DNA from: Eledone cirrhosa
Lineage: Eukaryota
DNA length: 64,000 bases
Direction: 5' to 3'
Assembly (NCBI GenBank): GCA_964016885.1
Contig: OZ024744.1
Coordinates: 114,638,001 to 114,702,000, forward strand
The position numbers and the translations under genes are program-made. Positions 26,167 through 39,014 of this stretch are shown piece after piece. The notes beneath the pieces were generated by a model. That model worked only from the letters and a program-made list of their open reading frames with translations, searched no databases and was not told where the DNA came from. How positions within the stretch are numbered: position 1 is the stretch's first letter; each line of letters begins with the position of its first letter.

Positions 26167-27447
26167 TACCAAGGTAAGCAACAGACTACTGAACTCCAAC
26201 CAACATGAGCTCCATAATGGAAGGGACTGCCTTGCGCAGCTCCTGCATCACTTCGATGATATTTTGAGAGCTTTGGGAGAGGGCTCCAACACTGATGTCA
26301 TCTACCTTGATTTCAGCAAGGCCTTTGACAGGATTATAACATTCTACTGAAAAAACTATCTAATATTGGTGTCTCTGGAAAGTTACTACAGTGGATCAAG
26401 TGTTTCCTGATAGACAGAACCCAACATGTTGTAGTTGAAGGAGTAAAATCAAGCCCAACCAAAGTCAGCAGTGGCGTCCCACAAGGCACTGTGTTGGGCC
26501 CACTTCTTTTCATCATCTACATTAATGACATTACTGACATCATCAAGCACAGCAACATAAGAATCTTTGCAGATGATTCCAAGCTCCAAAAGGTCATCAA
26601 TGAGGTGGGTGACCAGACTTGCCTTCAGTCAGACCTACTGGCTGTTATCCAATGGGCGGAAAAGAACAATACGTTGCTGAACGAGGATAAATTTGAGTTA
26701 ATCCACTTTGGAAAAGAGGATGCCCTGAAACTCCCATACTCTCTTCCTTCAGGTGAAACTCTCGTGACATCCAATAACATCAGAGACTTGGGAGTAATTG
26801 TGGACAGCAACATAAGCTGGGCCACTCAAATAAACAGCAGAGTTGACATGGCCTGCAGAATGTGTTCCTGGATTCTCAGAACCTTCCAGTCAAGAGATAT
26901 CCACACTGTTATCCTTCTCTTCTCCACTTTTGCCCGACCCCACCTTGAATACTGTTGTTCACTGTGGTCTCCCCACACGAAACAAAGTATCATGAAAGTT
27001 GAAGCACCTCAAAGGACAATTACAAAAAAGATAGATAGGACAGACCTTAACTATTGGGGTCGACTAGAAAAGCTCAACCTTTATTCTCTCCAACGTCGCC
27101 GTGAGCACTACATTATCTGCATGATGTGGAAAATATTCCATCAGCTTTGCTCTAATGATGTTGGCATCACCTTTAAGGCACACCCAAGGCTAGGGTTCCA
27201 TGCTATCCACCCACGACAATAATCTCACTTGCATCTCATAACAACAATACGGCACAATTATTTCACCTCAATTGGCCCTGCTCCCTTTAACATTACACCA
27301 AAATACATTAAAACAGAAACAGACCCCATCAAGTTCAAGAAGTCTGGACAAATTCCTTCCAGAAATCCCAGGTAAACCTCCTACATCCGGATATGCCTCC
27401 ATAAACAATAACTCTCTTCTTGAGTGGGCCATGGTGTCCAAATCCTA
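26167..27447 (+). mobile_element. 5'-truncated CR1/L2-group LINE (RT and 3' end)
   Basis: YLDFSKAFD, SGVPQGTVLGPLLF, FADDSK, RDLGVIVD, RPHLEYC, LYSLQRRR. Confidence 0.85.
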
Positions 27448-27449
27448 AT

Positions 27450-28190
27450 TTGAAAGACTTTGCAAAGAATCTAAAGGCCTTAAAGTTAACTTGTCTAAGA
27501 ATAAAGTTCTAGTATGTAGAAAGGAGAATAGGGCACAGCTGTCTTCTGGGAAATGGCCATGCTCAGTGTGTAAGAAGGAAGTAGGTAGAAATTCCATTCT
27601 ATGCCCCAAATGCGAACTATGGGTACATAAAAGATGTGGTGGGATCACAGGTAAGCTATCTAAGAATATACATTTTATATGTGGCCGGTGCTCTGGTGCA
27701 ATAAGTAACAAGTGCCCACAGAATACTAGCTCCTTCTATTGCCCAGATGGTTCTATAGAAATAGTGGACACTTTCCGTTACCTGGGTGACAAAATCAGCA
27801 GTGGTGGTGTGTGCTCTGAAAGTACAGTAGCCAGAGTAGAACGGGATGGAAAAATTTCAGAGAGCTAATACCGCTGTTGGCCATGAAGGGTTTTTCTCCA
27901 AAGATGAAAGGCAGATTGTGTGATGCTTGTATATGAACAGCAATGTTACATGGCAATGAGACCTGGGCGTTGTGTGCTGACGACTTGCGTAGATTAGAAA
28001 GAAATGTAGCTTGCATGCTCCGATGGATGTGTAATAGTAATGTACGCGAACAGCAAAGCATAAACGATTTGAGAGAGACACTAAGCATAAGAGGTATCAA
28101 ATGTTGTGCTCTGGAAAGGAGATTGTGTTGGTATGAACATGTGATGCATATGAAGGAGACAGTTGTATAAAAAGTGCAGAGCAATGAAAT
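27450..28190 (+). mobile_element. RTE (PHD-type) LINE fragment
   Basis: WPCSVCKKEVGRNSILCPKCELWVHKRC...CGRC, FRYLG, MLHGNETW. Confidence 0.85.
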
Positions 28191-28765
28191 TGAGTTTTGC
28201 CATAAGTCTTTTGTGTGGCACAGATTTGAAAGCTTTAGCAAAGTCAAGGTAAACAACATCCGCCATCAGTGATCCGGATGATGTCTTCAAGAAACTTGAT
28301 AAGTTGATCACAGCAGCTGGAGTTAGGAATAAATCCAAATTGCGAGGGCCAGATAAGACTGTGAGGGTTCCAGAAGTTCCAAAGCGTTTCTCTGACACAG
28401 GATTCCATCAGTTTGACAATGCAGCTAGTAAGACTGACTGGACGATAGTTCACAGGTGATGTGTGGTTACCCTTTTTGAACAGAGGAATGACACTGGCAG
28501 TTTTCCACTGTTCTGGAGTAGCACCGTTGTTCAGACAGAATTGGAAGAAGCGTGATAGCTGGTGCAGAAGGAAGTACCCACTACATTTGAGAAGCAGGTA
28601 CTTAACACCATCAAGACCAGGAGAGGCATGGTTGCGTTTATTTTTAAGGTGACATCGTAGCATTGCAGGTGTAAATTCCATAGTTGTAATAGAATCCGGT
28701 GTCAGAGGTGGTGGAGACGGTACACTCTGGTCTTCAATAGTGAAAATGCCAGCATAGCATTCAGC
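28190..28765 (-). mobile_element. CR1-group LINE RT fragment
   Basis: SPGLDG, IPLFKKG, NYRPVSLTS, QFGF, YLDFAKAF. Confidence 0.8.
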
Positions 28766-31700
28766 ATTACAGGCAATAACAGAGGAGTTTAAGAGCAGAT
28801 GCCCATGGGAACTCCTGTATGCGAATGATCTTACACTTATAGCTGAATCTATGGTAGAACTAAAGAAATTCCAAAATGGAAGCAGGGCTTAGAAAGAAGG
28901 GATCTTAAAGTCAACCTGACAAAGAGTAAGGTCCTCGTAAGTAGAAGTGAAAACAGAACTCAGATCCCCTCAGGGAAAGGCCTTGCTCAGTATGTAGGAA
29001 AGGTGTGGGTAGGAACTCCATCCTCTGCCCCAAATGCAAACTTTGGGTACACAAGAAATGTAGTGGGATCTCAGTAAGTTTAGCTAAGAATGTAGCAGCT
29101 GCACCAGGACAGTAAGCAGCAAACGGCCACAGGAAACAAGCACTACCAAATTTTGGGAGGGCTCAGTAGTTACAGTAGACAGCTTCTGCTACCTAGGTGA
29201 CTGAAAGTACAGTAGCCAGGGTAAGAACGGGATGGAAGAAGTTCAGGGAGCTACTGCCACTGCTAGCTGCAAAAGGTTTTTCCCTCAAAATGAAAGGCAG
29301 ACTGTATGATGCGTGTATACTAACAGCAATGTTACATGGTAGTGAGACCTGGGCGCTGAAGGTGGAAGACTTACATAGATTAGAAAGAAATGAAACTTGC
29401 ATGCTCCGATGGATGTGTAATAGTAATATACGCGAACGGCAAAGCATAAACAAACTGAGAGAGAGACTGAGCATAAGAGGAATCAAATGCTGTGTGCAGG
29501 AGAGGCGGTTGCATTGGTATGGACATCTGCTGCGTATGAAGGATGACAGCTGCATAAAAAAGTGCAGAGCACTAAAAGTCAATGGAAGCCTTGGAGTGGG
29601 AAGACCCAAGAAGACCTGGGATGAGGTGATAAAAGCTGACCTTACCCAATTACACCTCTCAAAGGCGATGACACAGGACCGAGATCTATGGCGTCACGCA
29701 GTAATACAGAAGACCCAACATCCCACAGGTACAAGCCGAAGCTGAAGCATATAGACAGTATGCACCATCACATACCACCCTCCCATACATCTCTTATGAA
29801 GACAGACAGGGGAACTCGACCGTCAGAGATAGTTGCCGAGATGCTGAAAACGTCTGGAATAGTGGGACATACTATAGTCACCCGTATAGTAAACCAAATA
29901 ATACAAAATGGGGTCATACCCAATGACTGGCGTAAGAGCATCATCGTCAATTGCTACAAGGACACAAGAGATGCTCTAGATAGGGAAAACTATAGAGGCA
30001 TTAAGTTGGTTGACCAGACCATTGAGGGCACAAAAAGAGTTATCACACAGTTGATTAGGAACTGAATTAACCTTGATGAAATACAGTTTTGAGATGTTAG
30101 GTAAAAGTACCACGGATGCTCTTTTCCTCATGAGGCAACTACTTAGAGAAAGCCTTTGACAGAGTCCTCCGCTCCATTATCTGGTGGGCCCTTAGAAAAC
30201 TAGGTGTAGATGAATAGCTTGTGAGAGCTATACAAGCTATGTATAAAGAAACAGTCAGCAAGGTTAGAATTAACAATGAATATAGTGAAGAATTTAGCGT
30301 AAAAGTTGGTTTTTACCAAGGCTCCGACCTTAGCCCCCTCCTGTTTATTATTGTCCTACAGGCTAAAACAGAGGAGTTTAAGACCGGCTGCCCATTGGAA
30401 CTTCTATATGCAGACGATCTAACTCTCATAGCTGAATCTATGGCTGAACTAGAGAAGAAGTTCCAAACATGGAAGCAAGGCCTAGAATCTAAAGGCCTTA
30501 AAGTTGACTTGTCTAAGACTAAAGTTCTAGTTTGTAGAAAGGAGAATAGGTCAGGGAAATGGCCATGGTCAGTGTGAAGGAAAGGAGTAGGTAGAAATTC
30601 CATTTTATGTCCCAACTGCAAAGTATGGGTCCATAAGAGATGTAGTGGGATCACAGGTAAACTATCTAAGAATGTAGATTTTATATGTGGCCGATGCTCA
30701 GGTGCAGTAAGTAGCAAGTGACCACAAGATACTAGCTCCTTCAAATGCCTAGATGGCTCTATAGAAATAGTGGACACCTTCCATTACCTGGGTGACAAAA
30801 TGAGCAGTGGTGGAGGGTGCTCTGAAAGTAAAGTAGCCAGAGTTAGAACAGGGTGGAGAAAGTTCAGGATGCTACTACTAGCTACAAAAGATTTCTCTCT
30901 AAAAATGAAAGGCAGACTGTATGATGCATGTATATGAACAACAATGTTACATATTAGTGAGACATGGGCACTGTGTGCAGAGGACCTGTGAAGACTGGAA
31001 TGAAGCATGCATGCTCCGATTGATGTATACATGAGTGTAATTGAACTAAGACAGAAGTAAGAGGGATAGAGAGGAGATTGCTTTGATACATATGAAGTAT
31101 GACAGCTGTATAAAAAGATGCAGGATGATCAAAATTGATGGAGGACCTGGGACGAGGAGATAAAAGCTGGCTTTGTGCAACTGAATCTCTCAAAGACAAT
31201 GTCACAGGATCCAGATCTTTGGCGTTACACAGTAATACAGAAGACACACCTTCCCATGAGCACAGACTGAAACATACATCTAGTAGGCACCTTTTAACTA
31301 CTATAACCGCACCACCCACTCCTGTCCACACGACCCTTACACTCTGAACAAAAAGTACCCAGTCCATATTGTAAAGTGGTCATGTAGGTGTCACAACAAA
31401 AAGTACCCAGTACACACTGTAAAGTGGTCATGTATGTGTCAAAACAAAAAGTACCCAGTACACACTGTAAAGTGGTCATGTATGTGTCACAACAAAAAGT
31501 ACCCAGTACACACTGTAAAGTGGTCATGTAGGTGTCACAACAAAAAGTACCCAGTACACACTGTAAAGTGGTCATGTATGTGTCACAACAAAAAGTACCC
31601 AGTACACACTGTAAAGTGGTCATGTATGTGTCACAACAAAAAGTACCCAGTACACACTGTAAAGTGCTTGGTTTTAGAATAGACATCTAGTTGTAGAAAC

Positions 31701-31815
31701 CAAGCCAGAAACAGTTCTGTATGATCAAGACACAGTCACTTGACCCAACTTACTTCAAATGGGACGACCCATCTAACCCATGTTAGAGTGGAAAATGAAC
31801 ATTAAACGATGATGT
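28765..31815 (+). mobile_element. Two stacked degraded RTE (PHD-type) LINE 3' portions (about 28765-29790 and 29790-31815)
   Basis: Repeated LLYADD, GWKKFRELLPLL, MLHGSETW and GRPKKTW motifs with stops and frameshifts; (GAT)n tail near 31810. Confidence 0.8.
31348..31667 (+). repeat. 48-bp tandem repeat (about 6.7 units) in the RTE 3' UTR
   Basis: Unit CAACAAAAAGTACCCAGTACACACTGTAAAGTGGTCATGTATGTGTCA. Confidence 0.92.
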
Positions 31816-31963
31816 TTAATAACTGAAAGCAGTAAAAATATAAAATAGGCACCGGTGCTGTTTTATAAAATGATTCAATATTTTTTACCAGAAATTAACA
31901 ACTAACAATTAAAAGTATGAAATTATATTCTTTTATTTTGAAGTTAATAACTAGCAAGAAAAA

Positions 31964-32958
31964 TTATTGTTTTTGAAGAACATGGGACAACTCTAAAGGA
32001 TTATCTATAATCTGGATAACCATTCCACCATCTAGAAGAGATGTAGCTGTCTGAGAGAGTGAGGAAGTATAACATGTATGGGTATCAAAGATAGCTTTGT
32101 CATCAATAACATAACTACATTCTTGACACATATAATATTGTTTCCCAGCTACACTGTTGTCCATGTCCATTGTCTCTACATATATCTCGTTCACCTCTTG
32201 TGTCTTATTTTCAATATTCTCACTATTACCTAAATTATCATTTACAATCTCCTTCTCAACAATTACTCCATGATGAGATCGTTTATGTGATTTTAATGAA
32301 GATTTATAACGAGTTGAATAATCACAAGAAGAACAGCTATAGGCTTTCACATCACTATGAGAAAGCATGTGAGACTTTAAAGACCGGGCTTCACGGAATG
32401 ATGACCCACATGTATGGCAAAGGTTTGGCCGATTTTCTGAATGTTTTGCAAGGTGAGACCTTAGGTTACTTTTGTCATTAGTTGCAAAATTGCAAACTTG
32501 ACATACAAATGGTTTTAATCCAGAGTGCTTAAGGACATGTTCTTTAAGGTTTTTCTTCCATGCAGTTCGGAAATCACAAAGATCACATTTGTAGCATCTT
32601 TCTCCAGTATGAATTCGAAGATGATGTTCTAGATCCCGTGGTGATCCTGTCCGATAATCACACTGCAGGCAACATAAAGGCTTTGATGGATTACTGCTAC
32701 ATTTGTGCTCCTGTACCTCTTCAGAAGATTTAAAACCAAGTTGACACAGAGAACAACGATGTGGACGTCGAACCATCCTGCAAGCAAAATCTTGATGGAA
32801 TTTCAATGTCAACATAGTTGCAAATGTCTTAAAACAGTCTTTACACTGGTTTGGTTTCACTTCTTTTCCTAATTTATGGAGTTGCTTTACATGGCGTTGC
32901 AAGTGATGTGGATGAAAGAATGCAGCAGAGCAATAACTGCACTTATAATGGCGTTCCT
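31964..32958 (-). CDS. Terminal coding exon of a C2H2 zinc-finger protein gene (about 9 C2H2/C2HC fingers)
   Basis: Tandem CxxC...HxxxH fingers with TGER/SGLKP/SENRP linkers. Acceptor ttcAG at 32960-32959 (phase 1), stop at 31964, AATAAA on the minus strand at 31937-31932. Confidence 0.9.
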
Positions 32959-33239
32959 CTGAAGAGTGACAAAAAATAGAAACATTAAATAAAAAATTGA
33001 GTAGTTTCTTTTGAGAGAAAAACTTAGTCCAAATATAAAATAAATCTTTACAAACAGATACAATAACAACTAATATAAACAAATAATGTATTAAAGTTAA
33101 AACAGAATTAACAGTAAATGGTATTGACTCCTTACAGGACCACATTTCTAATGAAATACACTATTTTAATTAATGAAGTATTTTGAGAGATTTACTAAAA
33201 TAGTAACTTAACCCTTTCATGACCAGATTTCTAATGAAA

Positions 33240-33965
33240 TACTCTCTGAGGAACTGTTTTGCCCTCTCCGAACACACATTCACACTGCGTGGTGCACCTT
33301 GCCACCCCCACGCAGATCTTCTCGGGGAACTTGATGCCAATGTCAGTTTTGACAGCGCAGGCTGGCAACAGGCAACACTCCCAGCGAGGTTCTGTGGCCT
33401 TGACTTCCGATCACCTTTGGATCTAGCTTTACCTGTCTACCTCTCCTCCTGTCACGCTCTCGTCAGTGAGGTTTTAAGCCAGACGGCCAAAGTTGACCTG
33501 GTCCCTGAGATGGAACAGGCTCTGGCCTACTTGACAGGTGAAGGTCTCTCTGTTCCCCAGTATACTACAGTCCAACATAGCTGGGACGACATCAATTGCA
33601 AGTCCTCTGTCAGGCAGATCAAGTCTGGCTTCGACCAACAACGCCTCTGCTCCGCTTCTCAGCCCAACAGCAGTGCATGGCTCAATTTGGTGCTCTCCTC
33701 ATCAACCAGTACCATTCTTGATGATGAGTGCACTCGCATCGGAGTAGCCCAACACCTTGGCCTCCACTTGTGTGAGCCACACAAACGTCGCTGCGGGGCG
33801 GTTGTTGACAAGTTCAGCCTGCACCCTCTAGCTTGCCACCAGAGCACAGGCCGGTTACCCCTGACACGCCGCTCTCAACGACATACAGAGAAGAACCCTG
33901 GACGCAGCTGGCTTCCCATCACAACTGGAGCCAGCTGGCCTAGACTGTGGAGATGGCAATCGGAA
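33240..33965 (+). mobile_element. CRE-like (restriction-like endonuclease) non-LTR retrotransposon fragment in the ZNF intron
   Basis: WQQATLPARFCGL, SSAWLN, LGL...CGAVVD...HPLAC, RH-ALND, LEP-GL...DG, typical of CRE-clade C-terminal regions. Confidence 0.65.
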
Positions 33966-34192
33966 ATGCCTTTATGGTCTTGAGTACTTCTGCCTTTTTG
34001 CCTTAGGCCCAAAGCCCAATCCCTCCCCTTTACCCATCCCCTCTCTTCTGCAACACCGGAGCTCTTGCCATACTCTCCCCTTATCATTCTTTTTCTTCTT
34101 TCTCTCTTTTTTCTCTATTCTTTCTTTCTTTTTGTTTCCCTTTTTTTTTATATTATTGCCATCGTTATAACTATCATTATTATTATTATTAT

Positions 34193-34597
34193 GAGGGCGG
34201 TGGATTGGCAGTATCGGTAGAGGGTCGGACGCCATGCTTTCCAGCATAGTTACGTCCCTTTATGATCTGAGTTCAAATCCCGCCTAGGTTAACTTTGCCT
34301 TTCATCCTTACGGAGTCGATAAAATAAAGTACCAGTAATGCACTGAGTAATTGCTGGCCTTGTGCCTAAAGTAGAAACAATTATTATTATTATTATTATC
34401 ATTATGAGGGCGGTGAATTGGCAGTATCGGTAGAGAGTCGGACGCCATGCTTTCCAGCATAGTTACGTCCCTTTACGGTCTGAGTTCAAATCCCGCTGAG
34501 GTTCACTTTGCCTTTCATCCTTACGGGGTCGATAAAATAAAGTACCAGTAATACACTGGGATAATTGCTGGCCTTGTGCCAAAAAGTAGAAACAATT
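34193..34597 (+). mobile_element. Two head-to-tail tRNA-derived SINEs, family 2 (Meta-domain-like core): 34193-34382 and 34406-34597
   Basis: B box GAGTTCAAATCC, core GCCTTTCATCCTTACGGGGTCGATAAAATAAAGTACCAG, (TTA)n tails. Confidence 0.85.
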
Positions 34598-35060
34598 ATT
34601 ATTATTATTATTGTTAATGCAGAAAATAAAATATTAGTTGGTGATTAATGGGGAAAAAAAAAAATGTTAATTATTTCAAAGAAAATGTTTTAAATAATTA
34701 ACGAAGAATTTTGAGTGATTTACTAAAATTATTAATTATTTCATTACTAAGATAGTAACTTAACACATTTAAAAAAAATAAAATATCAAAAGATTCTATT
34801 TTATACAGGAACATATTAAAAGGGGTCATTTAATTATATAGAATATGAATTGGTTTTCGATGGGTTAGTACAAAAATGGTAGAATTACAAGAAGCCCATT
34901 GGTCAAGTTAGTGTTTGGAACATAACTTAACAAAGGTTCTTAATAAAATAATGATGGAAAGGTTTTAGATAAATATAAACACTTTAACATAAACGGTTTT
35001 GTGTCATAGAACCAGGGGTGTTTGGGACATAACTTAAATGTTTTTATATAAAATTATAAT

Positions 35061-35247
35061 TGTTTCTACTTTAGGCACAAGGCCAGCAATTACCCAGTAC
35101 ATTACTGGTACTTTATTTTATCGACCCCGTAAGGATGAAAGGCAAAGTTAACCTCGGTGGGATTTGAACTCAGACTGTAAAGGGACGTAACTATGCGAGA
35201 AAGCATGGCGTCCAACCCGCTACCGATACTGCCAATTCACCGCCCTC
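35061..35247 (-). mobile_element. SINE family 2 with 14-bp TSD TATAAAATTATAAT
   Basis: TSD at 35047-35060 and 35248-35261. Confidence 0.9.
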
Positions 35248-35377
35248 TATAAAATTATAATGGAAGGTTTTTAAGATAAATATAAACACTTTAAACCAAA
35301 CAGTTTTATATCATATAACCAGGGGTGGTCTCAGGTGGTTTGGTACCAAGAGGGCTAAATAAAAGTTGAAAACTTAC

Positions 35378-36180
35378 CAAAATCAGCATCTTGAATTCTA
35401 CTTAGCCAGACTTCACTCTTTCTCTTACGTTTTGGTTCAGTTTCTTCAGATATATCAGATTTAGAATAAACTTTCTTAGTTTTCAATATATCTTGTTCAT
35501 CACATTCAGATGTTTCTATTACATATTCTTCAAGAATATTTTCTTCACTATTTGTTTGAATAGAACTGTTTATTTTCTCTGAAACCTCTATATTTTTGTC
35601 AGAATTTAATACTGGAGAACTTATAGACTTACAAACAGAAACATTGGTAGAAGGGTGTTCTAATATTGTTACAATTTCCTCTTCAATACTGGAAGTGGCA
35701 ACTGATTGTTCAGTTGCCGCTTCCTTCCTCAATAGTTCTTCTTTCATTGATTCCTCTTTTGTTGGTTCATGTTTTATAGATTCTATAACATTAAAAGTAT
35801 CATCACCACCATCATGGCTGTCACTACCGCCACCATTGGTTAGTGTAGTTGTCTGACACTGTTGGGAAGGACTGTTAGAATGACAGGCAGATGTTACACG
35901 ATCATCTGCCTGGTAGTGTTGTAGACTTATAAGTACTTCAGCAGTCTCCCCACTCTCCTGGTCAACCAGCCTGGCTTGTGAACCAGTAGAAAGATCCCAA
36001 TTTGGTTGTACTATAGCCACATTACTATATTGGGCTGTAGTTATGCTTGACTCGTCTCTTTTGATAACCATGTCAGTCTTTACATTTTCACAATTATCAC
36101 CGAGATCTTCAATTAGTTCTCTAGCTTTTACAGTTGACTCAATACAATCTAGATAGTTGCTCTTAACTTCAACTTTATTT
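35378..36180 (-). CDS. Internal acidic, Ser/Glu-rich coding exon of the zinc-finger gene
   Basis: Open frame from acceptor ttccAG (36182-36181) to donor G|GTAAGT (35377). The phase-1 end joins the ZNF exon in frame (DADF-E-ERHYKC); NLS-like PKRKRK. Confidence 0.8.
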
Positions 36181-36352
36181 CTGGAAATAGAGATGAAACA
36201 AATTTAAAATTATACAATTTAACAATTTTTAAACGTCTTTTAACTTTTTTCAAAAGATTGCATACATTCATTGCATATATCTTTTGAAAGAGAAGTAAAA
36301 AGGCAGTGAAAGATAGAGATATATATAGAGAGAGAGAGGTCCTAATATAAAG

Positions 36353-36395
<43 letters not shown>

Positions 36396-37019
36396 CATTC
36401 CTACTTACTAGTGTATAATATTATAGAACTACTTAGTGATTCTCTCACCTCTACTACAGTGACCTACTGAAGAGGTCTAATAACACCAAAATATGTTATC
36501 TCCAGTAATTTCAAAATAATTAAAACCACACCAGTTATTAAGCTAATGCTGTCTTTTCTTCACCACATAACTATATCTAATTAAATGTTTCATGCTACTC
36601 TCATATTAACTATGTTAACATGACTGTTCTATGATATAAAAATGACAGAGTTGTGACATGTTCTTTGCTAATCTACAATATATATTTCATTCCAGACTGT
36701 TTCAATTACTTTACTCATAATTACAATGTCTAATCAGAAGATAGTGAAAATGTTTGAGATGAAGTCAACATTTACCACATTATATAACAATGCAACAAAT
36801 ATTTAAAGCCATTCTCTCCTGTTGTGGGGGTTAGCCTTACAAACCCCTGTAACAGGTTGCGTATTGATTATATGGTCCTTTTTGACAAAAAGCTTTACAA
36901 CCAGATTCCCTTCTTGAGCCAATCAATTTAATTACTTCAAACAATTTAGAGAGAGAGTGTGTTTCTATTCTAAACCAGATACACACAATATCCAAATCTC
37001 TCTCACTCTCACTCTGTAT

Positions 37020-37460
37020 CATCATCACCGTTTTATGTCCATTTTCCACACTGGTATGGGTTGTACTAGTTGTCCTGTTGTGAGCAATGCCAGGTCAGGT
37101 GACCTTGTCATGCTCATACAGAACCTATTTTGGCTTGGTTTCTATAGCTAGATGCCCTTCCTAGTGCCAACCTCATTTACAGTGTGGACTGGGTACTTCT
37201 TGTTGTGACACCTACATGACCACTTTACAGTGTGTACTGGGTACTTTTTGTTGTGACAGCTACATGACCACTTTACAGTGTGTACTGGGTACTTTTTGTC
37301 ATGACACCTACATGACCACTTTACAGTGTGTACTGGGTACTTTTTGTTGTGACACCTACATGACCACTTTACAGTGTGTACTGGGTACTTTTTGTTGTGA
37401 CACCTACATGACCACTTTACAGTGTAGGCTGGATGCATGTGTGGGAGTGGGTGGGGTAGG
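37020..37460 (-). mobile_element. RTE 3' UTR fragment containing about 5 units of the same 48-bp tandem repeat
   Basis: Reverse complement of the 31300-31815 region; (CAT)n tail at 37020. Confidence 0.8.
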
Positions 37461-37634
37461 GCGGCGCATATTAGACATATGCTTCATCTTCGGCCTGTGC
37501 TTATGGGAAGTTGCGTCTTCTGTGTGTGTATATATATATATAACCAAAGATTAATATGGTTCATTGATTACTCAATGAATATAGTTTTACAATAGATTAA
37601 AAGCACTCTATAAGAAAGTTTTCTGGAGTTATTA

Positions 37635-37790
37635 ATATTATTCAGAATATTAATAAATGAAGACATTCACATAATCAAAATATATGTTTTATTATAAATA
37701 TTTCGAAGCACAGTACCTTCAAAATATATATAATAGAACATATACTTTGATTATATGAATGTCTTCATTTATTAATATTCTGAATAATAT
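37635..37790. repeat. Imperfect palindrome: 74-bp arms, 8-bp spacer
   Basis: 37635-37708 vs 37717-37790. Confidence 0.9.
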
Positions 37791-38175
37791 ATATATATAT
37801 AAGAAAAAAATGAGGAAGTTTCATTTACATATATAAGATATTTATTGTGTAACAACCTGTTATGTACATTTCACAGAGGATTGGCTGAAGCTTAGAGATG
37901 AATATAAATAAGTCTTATAAATTATAGAAACACTGGGTGAATTGCAATATTGAAAATGTGTGAATCTCAAATGTAGAAAATAAGTATAACAACAGTTGAT
38001 TGCTATAAATAATAGCTGAGAAAATCAAGTAAACTACTCCTAGTGATAGAAAAATGTGGTCAGCAGCCAATAAGGAGAATCAAATCCGTATCTTCTATAG
38101 TGTGACAGTGTTTTTACCAACAAACTAAGAGGTGGGGCTAACAAATCCCATCAAATTTACGTAGCTATATTGTAT

Positions 38176-38720
38176 CACTCCGAATATGACTGCACGGAGT
38201 AAATATGGACTTCATAAGTTACAGAGAAGACAGCCTGTCTAGGAGTGCTGTCACTCCAAATATATAGGACTACATGGGGTAGACATGGAGAAGATAGCCT
38301 GTCTAGGAGTGCTGTCACTCCAAATATATAAGACTACATGGGGTAGACATGGAGAAGATAGCCTGTCTAGGAGTGCTGTCACTCCAAATATATAAGACTA
38401 CATGGGGTAGACATGGAGAAGACAACCTGTCTAGGAGAGCTGTCACTCCAAATATATATATGACTACATGGGGTAGACATGGACTCCATAAGACATGGAG
38501 AAGACAGCCTGTCTAGGAGAGCTGTCACTCCAAATATATATATGACTACATGGGGTAGACATGGACTCCATAAGACATGGAGAAGACAGCCTGTCTAGGA
38601 GAGCTGTCACTCCAAATATATAGGACTACATGGGGTAAACATGGAGAAGACAACCTGTCTAGGAGAGCTGTCACTCCAAATATATAAGACTACATAGGGT
38701 AGACATGGACTCCATAAGTC
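38176..38720. repeat. Minisatellite of 64/82-bp units, about 8 copies
   Basis: CACTCC anchors at 38176, 38252, 38316, 38380, 38444, 38526, 38608, 38672. Confidence 0.9.
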
Positions 38721-39014
38721 TGTGAATAGAGCCTAAGAAAAGCAGTTTCTCTGAATAAAAACTGACACATGGTAGAGAGGAGCTTTAAGTATGGTCAGAC
38801 AACCTCTCTAGTGCTGGTGCCCTGATAAAATACACCCAGTATACACTGTAAAGTTGTTGGTAATAGTAAGGGCATCAAGCAAGAAAAACCTCACCAAAAA
38901 CTATGACCAGTACAGAATATAAGATTCACACTAACTGTGAGTACAGAACTAACACCAGTCATGCTGGTGCTACACATAGTAGCAGAGTGGTTAACCTATG
39001 ATGTGTACAAGAAG

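Noticed and set aside
32959-33145. N-terminal 62 aa of the 393-aa ZNF ORF
   Set aside because: Hydrophobic AT-rich intron sequence upstream of a clear splice acceptor at 32959.
36463-36505. CTGAAGA-GGT...ACC-AAAA motif
   Set aside because: GAAA is altered and stem I does not pair; at best a decayed relic.
31348-38720. CRISPR-like arrays (48-bp and 64/82-bp repeats)
   Set aside because: Contiguous tandem units with no unique spacers, no cas genes, and a eukaryotic context.
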